In this document: positions 1-9,418 of the stretch, piece after piece
How positions within the stretch are numbered: position 1 is the stretch's first letter
Layout: the number at the start of each line of letters is the position of its first letter
Source of the DNA: an uncultured Candidatus Saccharibacteria bacterium
Lineage (GTDB): Bacteria; Patescibacteriota; Dojkabacteria; JAOAGR01
Direction: 5' to 3'
Length of the DNA stretch: 63,328 nt
Assembly: GCA_964626735.1 (NCBI GenBank)
Contig: CAZVIJ010000004.1
Span: forward strand, 1-63,328
Made by a program: the position numbers and the translations under genes
The notes under the pieces: generated by a model
Seen by the model: only the letters and a program-made list of their open reading frames with translations
Databases searched by the model: none
What the model was told of the DNA's origin: nothing

Positions 1-577
1 GTGCGGTATTGAGTATCGTTTGTGCATTGCCGCTGCTGTTCCTCAACTCGTTGATAATTTGGCTTTTCTGATCGAGGAGGATCTTGTAATTCCTGCTGAG
101 GTTCTCGGAGTTCTGGAGCTTCATCTCAAGCTCGGACATCTTCTGGTTATTCTCCTCCATCTTGCGAACCATATCCTTTACGTCCTTTGCCTTCGCCAAA
201 ATGTCGGCATGCTCGGTTGACTCGAACATTTCGCGGGAAATTTGAAGCTCGGAAATGCTTGCGTTGAACAAATAGTAATTGAGCCCTGCGTTGTCTGGCT
301 CGCGACCGAGAATCGTTCGATAAAGACGCGTTATCATATCCCTTCGCGACTCCGGGGGAGTCGTGGTGAAGCCCTGGGTAGGTTGCTGGGGTTGCTGATA
401 GGATGTTTGGTACTGCTCGGTAGGTTGCTGTTGTGGAGCTTGGTAGGAAGGCTGAGGAGGAGGCGTCTGTTGAGGCGGATTAGCCCCATAGTCGGTATTG
501 CTGCCTGCGGGAACTGTTGGCAGTTGACTCCATTGCGATGTGCTGGTCCAGCTGTATCCTCCCTGGTTAGGTCCCAT
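1..577 (-). CDS. Partial CDS whose 3' end runs off the window start. It has a Gln/Pro-rich N-terminus, a DUF4214-like segment and a coiled-coil-like tail.
   Basis: It is absent from the ORF track because it has no stop in the window. My reverse-complement translation from ATG at 577-575 reads MGPNQGGYSWTSTSQWSQLPTVPAGS...PPESRRDMITRLYRTILGREPDNAGLNYYLFNASISELQISREMFES...KMEENNQKMSELEMKLQNSENL. LYRxILGRxPDxxGLxYY is the DUF4214 signature. Plus-strand ORFs 20-220 and 242-583 are its antisense. Confidence 0.6.
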   Translation of the reverse strand, partial: MGPNQGGYSWTSTSQWSQLPTVPAGSNTDYGANPPQQTPPPQPSYQAPQQQPTEQYQTSYQQPQQPTQGFTTTPPESRRDMITRLYRTILGREPDNAGLNYYLFNASISELQISREMFESTEHADILAKAKDVKDMVRKMEENNQKMSELEMKLQNSENLSRNYKILLDQKSQIINELRNSSGNAQTILNTA

Positions 578-675
578 AAATAATTATAACATAGCTGAAA
601 GTATGGTGCTATAGTATTTAAGGATGTGCTAGCCATAAATCTGGTTACCTGCCGCGATATTTGGTAGCATTGTTC

Positions 676-1827
676 ATGAAATTTGCCCTAGCAGCCTCGG
701 CAGTTGTACTGCTCGTCGCAACGAGCTTTCAGAGGGCCAATGCGGTCTTGATAACGCAAGAATTCGATCCGACAATTTATCAGGAAAGTTCAATCGTCAA
801 GCCGGTGACGAAGATCATCTTCTCTAAAGTAGAGCGGCAACAGGTGCTCGAAGTCGACGACAAGAAATATACGCAAGAATTCGCATACTTTTTCAGCAAA
901 TTCGGGTTCAAGAGGCCACCGGTCGCGTACTTGCTGTTTGATAACGGTACGGTAGCATCGTTGAATAACGACTGGTCAACTAATCAATTCAAGAACAATC
1001 TCGATACCGGGGCGATCTTTTCGCTTCTCGTGTACAAGGGGGCTTTTGATATCAATGCATTCAAGCCTGCTCTCGGCGAATTCAAGAATTCGGTGCTTAA
1101 GAAGTCGCTCAACGCAACGGGCTTGAAAAATGTAGATGATATACAGCTACGCTCGTTCATAATCGAAGGTGCGGATGGGGGATCGAGCATTTCATTCAAA
1201 GATCCAGAAAATGCAGATGATATCAAGCAGGAATTTAAGGATATCGATTTCTCCGCACGGCAAGTTGCCAACCTCTCCTTTGAAGACCTGCAGGTGCCTG
1301 CTAACGCTGACCCGTCATCGGTACAGACGGTGAAGGCAAGCATAAAAAACAACTCTGATTTCGACTTCGTGCTCAATACGGCAAACCAACTGAAGTTTAC
1401 TTTCGAAAAAGATTCGGTGTACTTCATCAACAACAAATGGCTGACACCAAAAACACCTGCCGTACTATCTGAAGGCGTCATCAAAGCCGGCACGACGAGC
1501 TCGTTCCAATTCGATATCCGTATTCCCGTAAGCGCCGGAAAAATTTCAGAAACGGTTACTGTCAGCCTTAATGATAAGAAAATTGATGCTAAGCCGCTGG
1601 CTACCACGGTTGCCGATAAAGGCCAGAAAGTATTGAGAATCAAGCCGACAGAATTGAATTACTTGAACGTACGAAAAGAGGCAAGCGCAAGCAGTGCAGA
1701 AATAGGGAGGGCAAGCGTGGGGAGCCTGTACGTATATTCGGATTTCCAAAACAATTTTTACAAGATTGAGTATAACGGCCAGCCGGGATGGGTATCCGGC
1801 AAATATGTCGAATTGATTACGAAATAA
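676..1827 (+). CDS. Secreted hypothetical protein with a C-terminal bacterial SH3 (SH3b)-like domain
   Basis: ORF 661-1827. The ATG at 676 gives MKFALAASAVVLLVATSFQRANA, which looks like a signal peptide. The C-terminus, LNVRKEASASSAEIGRASVGSLYVYSDFQNNFYKIEYNGQPGWVSGKYV, fits the SH3b pattern. Confidence 0.6.
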   Translation: MKFALAASAVVLLVATSFQRANAVLITQEFDPTIYQESSIVKPVTKIIFSKVERQQVLEVDDKKYTQEFAYFFSKFGFKRPPVAYLLFDNGTVASLNNDWSTNQFKNNLDTGAIFSLLVYKGAFDINAFKPALGEFKNSVLKKSLNATGLKNVDDIQLRSFIIEGADGGSSISFKDPENADDIKQEFKDIDFSARQVANLSFEDLQVPANADPSSVQTVKASIKNNSDFDFVLNTANQLKFTFEKDSVYFINNKWLTPKTPAVLSEGVIKAGTTSSFQFDIRIPVSAGKISETVTVSLNDKKIDAKPLATTVADKGQKVLRIKPTELNYLNVRKEASASSAEIGRASVGSLYVYSDFQNNFYKIEYNGQPGWVSGKYVELITK

Positions 1828-1828
1828 A

Positions 1829-2152
1829 ATGAGAAAAACAATAACACAGATTTTCATGACGCTGGCTACGCTCGTTATGGTTCTCATGGTTCCCCTTGTC
1901 GTCGAATCAACGCATTCGAACGTCAAAAGGAATCCGCAAATATCGAGCGAAGCTCAAGCTACCTCGTCGCTCAATATTTTGGGGGCAGAGGACTCTACGG
2001 GATTCAAGCCGTTCGGTACCAATCAAAATGCCAAATCTACGGAAACGACCGGCGACAAGTTGAGGCGATACGGAATGTATGTACTGCTAGCTTTGTTCGC
2101 AGTAAGTGTGCTATCGTATGGTAAGTTCAAAATCACAGCGAAAAAAAGATGA
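1829..2152 (+). CDS. Small secreted or anchored protein with an N-terminal signal/TM segment and a C-terminal hydrophobic segment plus basic tail
   Basis: 107-aa ORF starting 2 nt after the previous stop. N-terminus is MRKTITQIFMTLATLVMVLMVPLVV. C-terminus is TETTGDKLRRYGMYVLLALFAVSVLSYGKFKITAKKR. Its stop overlaps the parB start (ATGA). Confidence 0.5.
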   Translation: MRKTITQIFMTLATLVMVLMVPLVVESTHSNVKRNPQISSEAQATSSLNILGAEDSTGFKPFGTNQNAKSTETTGDKLRRYGMYVLLALFAVSVLSYGKFKITAKKR

Positions 2153-3090
2153 GTAATCCAAAACAAGACAAAAAACCTTTAGGCAGAGGACTTTCTTCGC
2201 TCCTCCCCGATATCCCGATGGGAGACGACGCAAACGAAACGAAAATAGATACGTCAGACAGCAACTTCAAGCAGGTAAAAGTTGAAAAGATTAGGCCGAA
2301 CCCATATCAGCCGCGTCAGGGAATTCCCGTAGCGTCGGTAATGGATCTGTCTGAGTCAATCAAGGAGAAGGGTGTGATGTCGCCGCTCGTGGTGGTGAAA
2401 GCGAAAGACGGCTCCGACGATTACATCCTTGTTGCCGGTGAACGAAGGCTCCAAGCATCCAAGGTTGCTGGAATCGCTGAAGTGCCCGTAATCGTACGGG
2501 ATCTCACCGACCAGGAGATGGCCGAGATTGCCCTTATCGAAAACCTCCATCGTAAGGACCTCAACCCGATCGAAGAAGGGTATGCGTTTCTCAGGCTTAT
2601 GACAGAGTTTAAAGTATCGGTCGACGAAATCGCGCAGAAGATCAGCAAGACGACGGCATATATCGACAATAAGCTTCGGCTAACACGAATGCCGCAAATA
2701 CTCCAGAACGCAATCGCAGTCGGTGAGATTACCGAAGGCCACGGTAGAATCCTTACCGGCCTCACCGATCCGCAAGCGATGATCGCGACGCTCAAGCTTG
2801 TAATCCGAAATGGCCTCAATATCAGCAAAACAGAAGAGCTCGTACACCAAATCAAGATGGAGTCTGAAAAGAAGCTGATGCACTCCAGCCCCACCGCCGA
2901 ATGGAAACAAAAGTACATGTTCATCAAGGACGATCTCAACGATGGTTTCGGGTGGAATGTCGCACTTAAACGCAACAAAAAGGACGGCGGTTCTTTAGTT
3001 ATCAACTTCGCAAACGATGACGAACTTGTCTCTATTTACAGAAAAATCCTCGGAAAATCAGAAGATCCAGACGACAAGCAAGCTGGGTAG
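2149..3090 (+). CDS. parB: Chromosome partitioning protein ParB/Spo0J
   Basis: KPLGRGLSSLL N-terminal box, IRPNPYQPR, VAGERRLQASK (GERR arginine patch) and an HTH region. Confidence 0.9.
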   Translation: MSNPKQDKKPLGRGLSSLLPDIPMGDDANETKIDTSDSNFKQVKVEKIRPNPYQPRQGIPVASVMDLSESIKEKGVMSPLVVVKAKDGSDDYILVAGERRLQASKVAGIAEVPVIVRDLTDQEMAEIALIENLHRKDLNPIEEGYAFLRLMTEFKVSVDEIAQKISKTTAYIDNKLRLTRMPQILQNAIAVGEITEGHGRILTGLTDPQAMIATLKLVIRNGLNISKTEELVHQIKMESEKKLMHSSPTAEWKQKYMFIKDDLNDGFGWNVALKRNKKDGGSLVINFANDDELVSIYRKILGKSEDPDDKQAG

Positions 3091-3097
3091 CGGATTG

Positions 3098-3406
3098 ATG
3101 AAGTTTTCTTTTGCCATTACCCCCAAGAGCGAGGAAGTGGCAAAGAAGAAAAATATCTCGAAGCCTCACCAATTTTTCGGCCTATGGATCGCACAGTCGC
3201 TCAACGAGTACAAATACCTGCCGCTCTATATGAAGTTGGCGAAGTACCAAGATCGCGCCCTCCTGGAACAGGCAATTTCGTACCTGAAAGATTACCCCGA
3301 CGCTAAATCGAAACACAAGCTTTTCATGTGGTATTTGAAGGGAAAGCTTCGTAAAATGCCGGCCACGGCAAAGAAGAAAACGGTGAAGCAGCGAAAGCTG
3401 TTCTGA
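3098..3406 (+). CDS. Small basic hypothetical protein
   Basis: ORF 3017-3406 overlaps the parB end. The in-frame ATG at 3098 lies just after the parB stop. The protein is Lys-rich (…KGKLRKMPATAKKKTVKQRKLF) and has no motif I recognise. Confidence 0.45.
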   Translation: MKFSFAITPKSEEVAKKKNISKPHQFFGLWIAQSLNEYKYLPLYMKLAKYQDRALLEQAISYLKDYPDAKSKHKLFMWYLKGKLRKMPATAKKKTVKQRKLF

Positions 3407-3445
3407 AATTGATTTAGCGGCACAAAAATCGTAATCTAACGTAAA

Positions 3446-4720
3446 GTGTCCAGCTTAAAGAAGAAAATCAAAAGGTACCTGAAAATTGTAGGCCCCGGAT
3501 TCATAACGGGCGCAGCAGACGATGATCCTTCCGGAATCGGTACGTATTCGCAGACTGGTGCTTCTTTCGGTTATTCCCAATTGTGGGTATCCTTATTCTC
3601 ATTCCCCTTTATGTATTTCGTCCAGGAAATGTGCGGCAGGATTGGAATGGTGACCGGTAAAGGATTATCACGGGTTCTCAAGGAAAATTACTCGAAAAAG
3701 CTGCTATGGTTTTGCGTCGCGATTCTGCTTATCGCCAATACCGTCAACGTCGGAGCAGATTTGGGGGCAATGGCGGCTTCCGGACAGCTGGTTATAGGAT
3801 TGCCTTATTGGGCATGGCTTGTCATCATCACGGCGATAACACTAATACTCCAGGTTTTCGTACCGTATCCAACGTATGCCCGTTTCCTGAAATATCTTAC
3901 GTTTTCGCTTTTCGCATACATCGTAACCGTTTTTATCGTTAAGCAGAATTGGAGCGTCGTGCTCGCCTCGACATTCATGCCTTCGATTTCCTACTCGAAA
4001 GAGTATCTGCTTAATATCGTGGCCCTCCTCGGTACCACGATATCGCCGTATCTTTTCTTTTGGCAAGCGGACGAGGAAGTGGAAGAAGAGCTGGAGCACC
4101 ATAAAGTTGGCGTGCTCGTTAAGTCTGCGCCGAAAATTAACGAGAAGGATATCCGACATATGCGTGAAGATACCGTTTCGGGAATGTTCTTCTCGAATCT
4201 CGTTATGTTTTTCATAATCACCACGACAGCATCCACGCTCAACGGCAACGGAATCACGCAAATCGAAACCGCATCTCAGGCTGCTGCTGCACTGAAACCG
4301 TTCGCCGGGGATTTCGCGTTCCTTCTCTTTACCCTAGGAATTATCGGCACCGGACTGCTTGCCGTACCCGTACTTTCCGGATCGGCATCGTATGCGATTT
4401 GTGAAGGAATGGGGTGGAAGAATGGTTTATCGCGAAAGTTCCACCAAGCGAAGTATTTCTACATTATTATCATCATATCGACGTTAATGGGTTTACTGGT
4501 GAATTTCCTTCCTATCAAGCCGTTCGAGCTGCTCTACTATACGGCGGTTCTCAATGGCGTTTGCGCACCACCGCTCCTTTTCATGCTGTTAGTCATATCG
4601 AACAACAAAAAGATCATGGGAGACCATACCAATACAAGAATCTCCAACATTTTCGGTGTCGTGATAACCATCGTTATGACCGTAGCCTCGCTTATATTGT
4701 TGTATACGATGGTCAGTTGA
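3446..4720 (+). CDS. NRAMP/SLC11-related membrane transporter with non-canonical metal-site motifs
   Basis: 424 aa, multi-TM. GPGFITGAADDDPSGIGTYSQTGASFGYSQLW resembles the NRAMP TM1 region. GTG start. Confidence 0.8.
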   Translation: MSSLKKKIKRYLKIVGPGFITGAADDDPSGIGTYSQTGASFGYSQLWVSLFSFPFMYFVQEMCGRIGMVTGKGLSRVLKENYSKKLLWFCVAILLIANTVNVGADLGAMAASGQLVIGLPYWAWLVIITAITLILQVFVPYPTYARFLKYLTFSLFAYIVTVFIVKQNWSVVLASTFMPSISYSKEYLLNIVALLGTTISPYLFFWQADEEVEEELEHHKVGVLVKSAPKINEKDIRHMREDTVSGMFFSNLVMFFIITTTASTLNGNGITQIETASQAAAALKPFAGDFAFLLFTLGIIGTGLLAVPVLSGSASYAICEGMGWKNGLSRKFHQAKYFYIIIIISTLMGLLVNFLPIKPFELLYYTAVLNGVCAPPLLFMLLVISNNKKIMGDHTNTRISNIFGVVITIVMTVASLILLYTMVS

Positions 4721-5075
4721 TTTTCTTAAGGCATTCCAATGGAAGCAAGGCGCATCGTAGTCGCGAAGGATTGATTTCAACCCCGAGCATATCAAGGATA
4801 AATTCTTTCGTAATTGTGTTTGACAGATCTGACAAAGTCATTCCGACCAGTTCTTCTGTTAGCATCGAGGCAGACGCTTGAGAAATCGCGCAGCCCTCCC
4901 CTTCAAACGTTACGGAGGAGATTTTCTCCTTGGACTCATCCAGCTTGATATAGAACTTCAGACCGTCGCCGCATAGGGTATTGACTTCATACACAACAAA
5001 ATCGGCACCTTCGATGCTGCCGCTATGGCGAGGGTGCTTGTAGTGGTCTATGATATTTTGTTGGTAGATATTCAT
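4713..5075 (-). CDS. sufU: Fe-S cluster assembly scaffold, SufU/IscU family
   Basis: NIIDHYKHPRHSG, LCGDGLKF, GEGCAISQASASM and RLRCALLPLE match the three-Cys U-type scaffold pattern. The start is taken at the internal ATG (5075), downstream of the recJ stop. Confidence 0.8.
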   Translation of the reverse strand: MNIYQQNIIDHYKHPRHSGSIEGADFVVYEVNTLCGDGLKFYIKLDESKEKISSVTFEGEGCAISQASASMLTEELVGMTLSDLSNTITKEFILDMLGVEINPSRLRCALLPLECLKKIN

Positions 5076-5095
5076 CGGTACAGTATACCATCTGG

Positions 5096-6796
5096 TTAGT
5101 GGAGAATGAGATCCTTGAGCTCGATTTGGATCTTCTTTTGGTTGTTCCACTCGTTGATCGCCAAGCAGCCCACGACGTCGACATTCTGGTTAATCTTTAT
5201 GTCGGGGAATTTTTCAACCATGCTGAATCCGATACAGTCTACCGTTTTGGAGCCGAGCTCGAGGCTCATCTTGAGATGCGTGCCTTCTTTTCCGATTTTG
5301 CTGAAATTCCGTATCGATGCGTTCCTGAACATGAACACGGGACGCAGATTCCCGACACCATGCGGTTCAAGCAGGGACAGCTCTTCTATATCACGGACGG
5401 TGATGTCATCCATATCCGTAAGCGCGAGATCGACGGTCATGACACGTTCGAAATCGCTGTCGCTCGTGTTCTGCTCAATATACTCGATTACCTTGTCTTC
5501 GAATCCGTTCCATAGCGTTACGTTTGAGGCAAAACCTGCTGCCTGCTTGTGGCCGCCGAAGCGTTCCAAATGATCTTTGGCATGCTCGAGCGCTTTATTC
5601 AAATAGAACGAATCGAGCGGTGAGCGCGAAGAACCGATAATATGGCCGTGTTCGTCTGCAGAACCGATGAACACCGGCTTGAAGTACTTCTCGGCAAGCT
5701 TTCCCGCTATCAACCCGAGTATTCCTTCTGGCCAATCGTGTCCCAAAACGACAATCGCTTTCTTCGAGTGATCGAACATCTTTTCCGCCTCTGCCATATA
5801 GTCGGATGTAAGCTTTTGTCGCTTTACATTCAACTCGTTGAGATTCGCAGCCAATTCCTGAGCTTGCTTCATATTCTTTGTCGCAAGGAGACGCAACGAT
5901 GTCGTGGCGTCGTTCAGGACACGCCCAGGGGCATTCAGCCGGGGACCGAGCACGAAACCGAAATGGTATGCACTCGCTTCCTTCGCATTCATGCCCGCAA
6001 GCTCCATGAGGCTGGCGAGGCCGAGGCGGTTGTTCTCGGCGACCGTTCGCAAGCCACGCTTAATGAGCTTCCTGTTTTCGATCGTAAGTGGAATGATATC
6101 GCAAACGGTGCTGATGGCGACTAGATCGAGGTGCTTGTTTACGTACTGCTCATATCCTTCCTTGTCTCGATTCATTTCCATGGCGCGAACAAATTGCCAG
6201 GAGGTCGCGCCGCCAGAAATCATCGTCGGGTATTTGCTTTCGGGATGATCCGAGTGCACGACAGCCCGGGCGGGAGGAAGCTCGATATCGCCTTTCTCGT
6301 TCGTGTAGAACTGATGGTGGTCGGTTATGATGAAGTCCAGTTTGTCCTTGTACTTTTCAACCAGCATCAGATCCTTGATTCCGCAATCTACCGTAATCAG
6401 GACCTCGGCTCCGAAGTCGATAGCCTTCTTGATTGTCTTCTCAGAAAGGCCGTATCCTTCATCGACCCGATGGGGAATTATCGGCAGGCAGTCAACGCCG
6501 CGGTAATAATAGATATAGTCCCACAAGATCGCGGTAGCAGAAACTCCATCGACATCGAAGTCGCCGTGGATGGCTACTTTTTTCTTGGCTTGCAGAGCTT
6601 CCTCGAGCACGTCGACCGCCTGTCGCATGCCGAAAATAAGGAACGGGTCCGCCAATTCGAGAGCCTCGCAATTGATGAATTCTTCGATTTTGTCTTCCTC
6701 GATCTCGAGAAGATGCAGCAGTGTTTGCAGCAGTTTACCGTAGGGGGAAGAGTTGAAGTGCTTTTCTAGGCGATCAGTTTTGACGACAAAACGCAT
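5096..6796 (-). CDS. recJ: Single-stranded-DNA-specific exonuclease RecJ
   Basis: DHH family motifs HGDFDVDGVSA, VDCG, ITDHH and GGHKQAAGF (DHHA1). 566 aa. Confidence 0.9.
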   Translation of the reverse strand: MRFVVKTDRLEKHFNSSPYGKLLQTLLHLLEIEEDKIEEFINCEALELADPFLIFGMRQAVDVLEEALQAKKKVAIHGDFDVDGVSATAILWDYIYYYRGVDCLPIIPHRVDEGYGLSEKTIKKAIDFGAEVLITVDCGIKDLMLVEKYKDKLDFIITDHHQFYTNEKGDIELPPARAVVHSDHPESKYPTMISGGATSWQFVRAMEMNRDKEGYEQYVNKHLDLVAISTVCDIIPLTIENRKLIKRGLRTVAENNRLGLASLMELAGMNAKEASAYHFGFVLGPRLNAPGRVLNDATTSLRLLATKNMKQAQELAANLNELNVKRQKLTSDYMAEAEKMFDHSKKAIVVLGHDWPEGILGLIAGKLAEKYFKPVFIGSADEHGHIIGSSRSPLDSFYLNKALEHAKDHLERFGGHKQAAGFASNVTLWNGFEDKVIEYIEQNTSDSDFERVMTVDLALTDMDDITVRDIEELSLLEPHGVGNLRPVFMFRNASIRNFSKIGKEGTHLKMSLELGSKTVDCIGFSMVEKFPDIKINQNVDVVGCLAINEWNNQKKIQIELKDLILH

Positions 6797-6842
6797 ACCA
6801 TGAAGTATAGATAATTCGGGAAGTATTTTCTCCGGTCTAGAA

Positions 6843-6891
6843 TTAGCAGAGCTACAAGGTACTTGCTAACTTCGAGAATTTTCGGTACTAT
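6843..6891 (+). promoter_or_regulatory. Candidate dnaK promoter with an overlapping degenerate CIRCE-like operator
   Basis: Operator TTAGCAGAG-N9-ACTTGCTAA at 6843-6869. Candidate -35 TTGCTA at 6863-6868, a 17-nt spacer, and -10 TACTAT at 6886-6891. Confidence 0.5.
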
Positions 6892-6943
6892 GTATCTGTC
6901 ATAAAGCCGGCTTTAACTGGCTTTTACTTATAACAATACTAGT

Positions 6944-8833
6944 ATGAGCAAAATAATAGGCATAGACTTAGGTACAACAAACTCCTGTGTGGCTGTAATG
7001 CAGTCAGTCGGCGGAGTTCAGGTTATCCCCAACGCCGAGGGAAACAATACGACCCCTTCGGTTGTGGCTCTCAACGGCGAAGAGAGGATCGTCGGTATCG
7101 CGGCAAAGAACCAAGCGGTTCTTAACCCAACGAATACGTTCTATTCGATCAAGCGACTGATCGGCCGCAAGTTTTCCGACCCAGAAGTCCAGAGGGACGT
7201 AAAGATCCTCCCGTTCGAAATCAGGGAATCTTCGAACGGCGGCGTGGAGATCAAATTCGGTGAAGAGTGGAAGGCTCCCGAAGCTATCTCCGCGATGGTT
7301 CTCCAGAAGCTGAAATCCGACGCGGAGAAATTCCTCGGCGAGACGGTTACCAAGGCTGTCATTACCGTTCCGGCTTATTTCGACGACGCGCAAAGGCAGG
7401 CAACCAAGAATGCTGGCAAGATCGCGGGACTCGAGGTTGAGAGGATCACCAACGAGCCTACGGCAGCAGCGCTTGCGTATGGCCTTGAGAAGAAGAAGGA
7501 TGAGATTATCGCCGTGTACGACCTTGGTGGCGGTACATTCGATATCACGATCCTGGAATTGGGCGAGGGCGTATTCGAAGTTCTTTCGACGAACGGTGAT
7601 ACCCATCTGGGAGGAGATGACTTCGACCAGGTACTCATCAACTACTTGGCCGACGAATTCAAGAAAGCGAACGCAATGGACCTCAGGGAAGACGTTGCTG
7701 CGCTCCAGCGATTGAAAGAAGCGGCAGAGAAGGCGAAAATCGAACTATCTTCGGTTACCCAGACCCAAATCAGCATTCCCTATATCACTGCGGACAAGAG
7801 CGGACCTAAGCACCTGAACCTGACCCTTACCAGGGCTAAGTATGAAGACCTCGTAAGCGATTTGGTGAAGAAGACGCTTGAGCCGGTAAAGAAGGCGCTG
7901 GCAGATGCAGGAAAGAACCCGTCCGAAATAAATGAAGTCGTGCTCGTCGGCGGAATGACGAGAATGCCCAAGATCGTCGAAACCGTCAAGGAGTTCTTCG
8001 GCAAGGAGCCGCATAAGGGCGTTAATCCCGACGAAGTCGTCGCAATCGGTGCCGCAATCCAGGCAGGTGTCATTACCGGCGATGTCCACGACATCACGTT
8101 GCTTGACGTTACGCCTTTGTCGCTTGGCCTCGAGACGGAAGGCGGCATCATGACGAAGCTGATCGAACGGAACACGACGATTCCCGTCGAGAAGAAACAG
8201 GTATTCAGCACGGCGGCAGACAACCAGCCCGCGGTAGAAATCGTCGTTCTTCAAGGCGAGCGGCCAATGGCTTCGGACAACAAAGTGCTCGGACAGTTCC
8301 AGCTTGAGGGTATCCGACCTGTGCCCCGAGGAGTCCCGAGAATCGAGGTTTCGTTCGATATCGACGCCAACGGAATCCTCAAGGTAGCAGCTAAAGACCA
8401 GGATACCGGCAAGCAGCAGGACATCACGATAAAGGCGAGCACCAACCTATCCGATGACGAGATCGACAATTTGGTGAAGGAAGCGGAGAAGTACGCTGAA
8501 GAGGATAAGACGAAGAAGGAGCTCGCAGAGTCGAGGAACAATGCAGAGTCTATGGTATCCGCAATTGAGAGGCTTAAGAGCGAAAGCAAAGACCAGCTCG
8601 AAGAGGCAGATGTGACTGCGCTCGATGAGGAGAAGAAAAAACTCGAGGAATTGCTCTCGAAAATGGCTCCAAACATTGAAGAGTTGAAGAAGCAGACCGA
8701 GGAGTCTTCGCAAAAGGTTTACGAAATAACCGCGAAGGTCGCATCGAAATCTGCACCGAAGGAAGATACCGAGGGAGCGACTGATGCGCCGAAGGCTGAA
8801 GGCGAGGTCGCCGATGGTGAAGTGGTCGAGTAG
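6944..8833 (+). CDS. dnaK: Molecular chaperone DnaK (Hsp70)
   Basis: [26 protein letters not shown] and [12 protein letters not shown]. 629 aa. Confidence 0.97.
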   Translation: MSKIIGIDLGTTNSCVAVMQSVGGVQVIPNAEGNNTTPSVVALNGEERIVGIAAKNQAVLNPTNTFYSIKRLIGRKFSDPEVQRDVKILPFEIRESSNGGVEIKFGEEWKAPEAISAMVLQKLKSDAEKFLGETVTKAVITVPAYFDDAQRQATKNAGKIAGLEVERITNEPTAAALAYGLEKKKDEIIAVYDLGGGTFDITILELGEGVFEVLSTNGDTHLGGDDFDQVLINYLADEFKKANAMDLREDVAALQRLKEAAEKAKIELSSVTQTQISIPYITADKSGPKHLNLTLTRAKYEDLVSDLVKKTLEPVKKALADAGKNPSEINEVVLVGGMTRMPKIVETVKEFFGKEPHKGVNPDEVVAIGAAIQAGVITGDVHDITLLDVTPLSLGLETEGGIMTKLIERNTTIPVEKKQVFSTAADNQPAVEIVVLQGERPMASDNKVLGQFQLEGIRPVPRGVPRIEVSFDIDANGILKVAAKDQDTGKQQDITIKASTNLSDDEIDNLVKEAEKYAEEDKTKKELAESRNNAESMVSAIERLKSESKDQLEEADVTALDEEKKKLEELLSKMAPNIEELKKQTEESSQKVYEITAKVASKSAPKEDTEGATDAPKAEGEVADGEVVE

Positions 8834-8848
8834 GTGAGATATATCACG

Positions 8849-8886
8849 AAGAGGCAGGCTGTTTATAGCCTGCCTCTTTATTTTTG
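8849..8886 (+). terminator. Rho-independent terminator after dnaK
   Basis: Perfect 12-bp stem AAGAGGCAGGCT / AGCCTGCCTCTT with a 6-nt loop, followed by TATTTTTG. Confidence 0.8.
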
Positions 8887-8926
8887 TTCTATACAAATTT
8901 TGTTATCATAATAACCGACCATACAA

Positions 8927-9391
8927 ATGCCGAATTTCAACGACCTGTTAAGCGAGAGTTCGATTTATCCCTTTATCGAAGAAGAGGGAGAGGACATCCT
9001 GCTCTCAGAGGAAGTTATCTACAATTCGGCAAGCGAGCTCAGGCAGTACGGCATACACATCCTCACGGCGAGCCTTCTGATTTCGATAAGTTCGACGGTA
9101 AACCGCATCATGCGAGGTTCAGACAATATTCTTTCTAAAGGGTATATTCTTGAATCGTACGATTCGAAAACGAATGCGGTGCACCTGATCGACGAAATCG
9201 ATCTTTTTTTATTGACGTACAAGCGGCTTCTCAAGCCGAAAGAGCGCGTATTGCTGCAAAAATATCGACGAGACCTGCAGAATTACGTGGAGACGCTCTC
9301 GCCTTCTTCGCTTCAGCTGTCGATGTTCGTCACCAAGGTTGGATCCTATATGCGGGCAGTATCCGAGGACATCATGAAGAACCGCCAATAG
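8927..9391 (+). CDS. Hypothetical protein
   Basis: 154-aa ORF lying between the dnaK terminator and the prfB promoter. No recognisable motif. Confidence 0.5.
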   Translation: MPNFNDLLSESSIYPFIEEEGEDILLSEEVIYNSASELRQYGIHILTASLLISISSTVNRIMRGSDNILSKGYILESYDSKTNAVHLIDEIDLFLLTYKRLLKPKERVLLQKYRRDLQNYVETLSPSSLQLSMFVTKVGSYMRAVSEDIMKNRQ

Positions 9392-9418
9392 ATCTCAAAA
9401 TGCTATAATCAAAGGAAT

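Noticed and set aside
984-1643. Long antisense ORFs opposite confident genes: 984-1643, 2421-3005, 7004-7606, 9427-10353, 34521-35303, 36298-37269, 45068-45865, 49144-49749, 54714-55376 and 62551-63204.
   Set aside because: Each lies entirely inside a longer ORF on the other strand that has clear family motifs or a coherent domain structure. Their translations are low-complexity (Ser/Arg/Leu-rich or Gly/Val-rich) and have no motifs. They are typical shadow ORFs.
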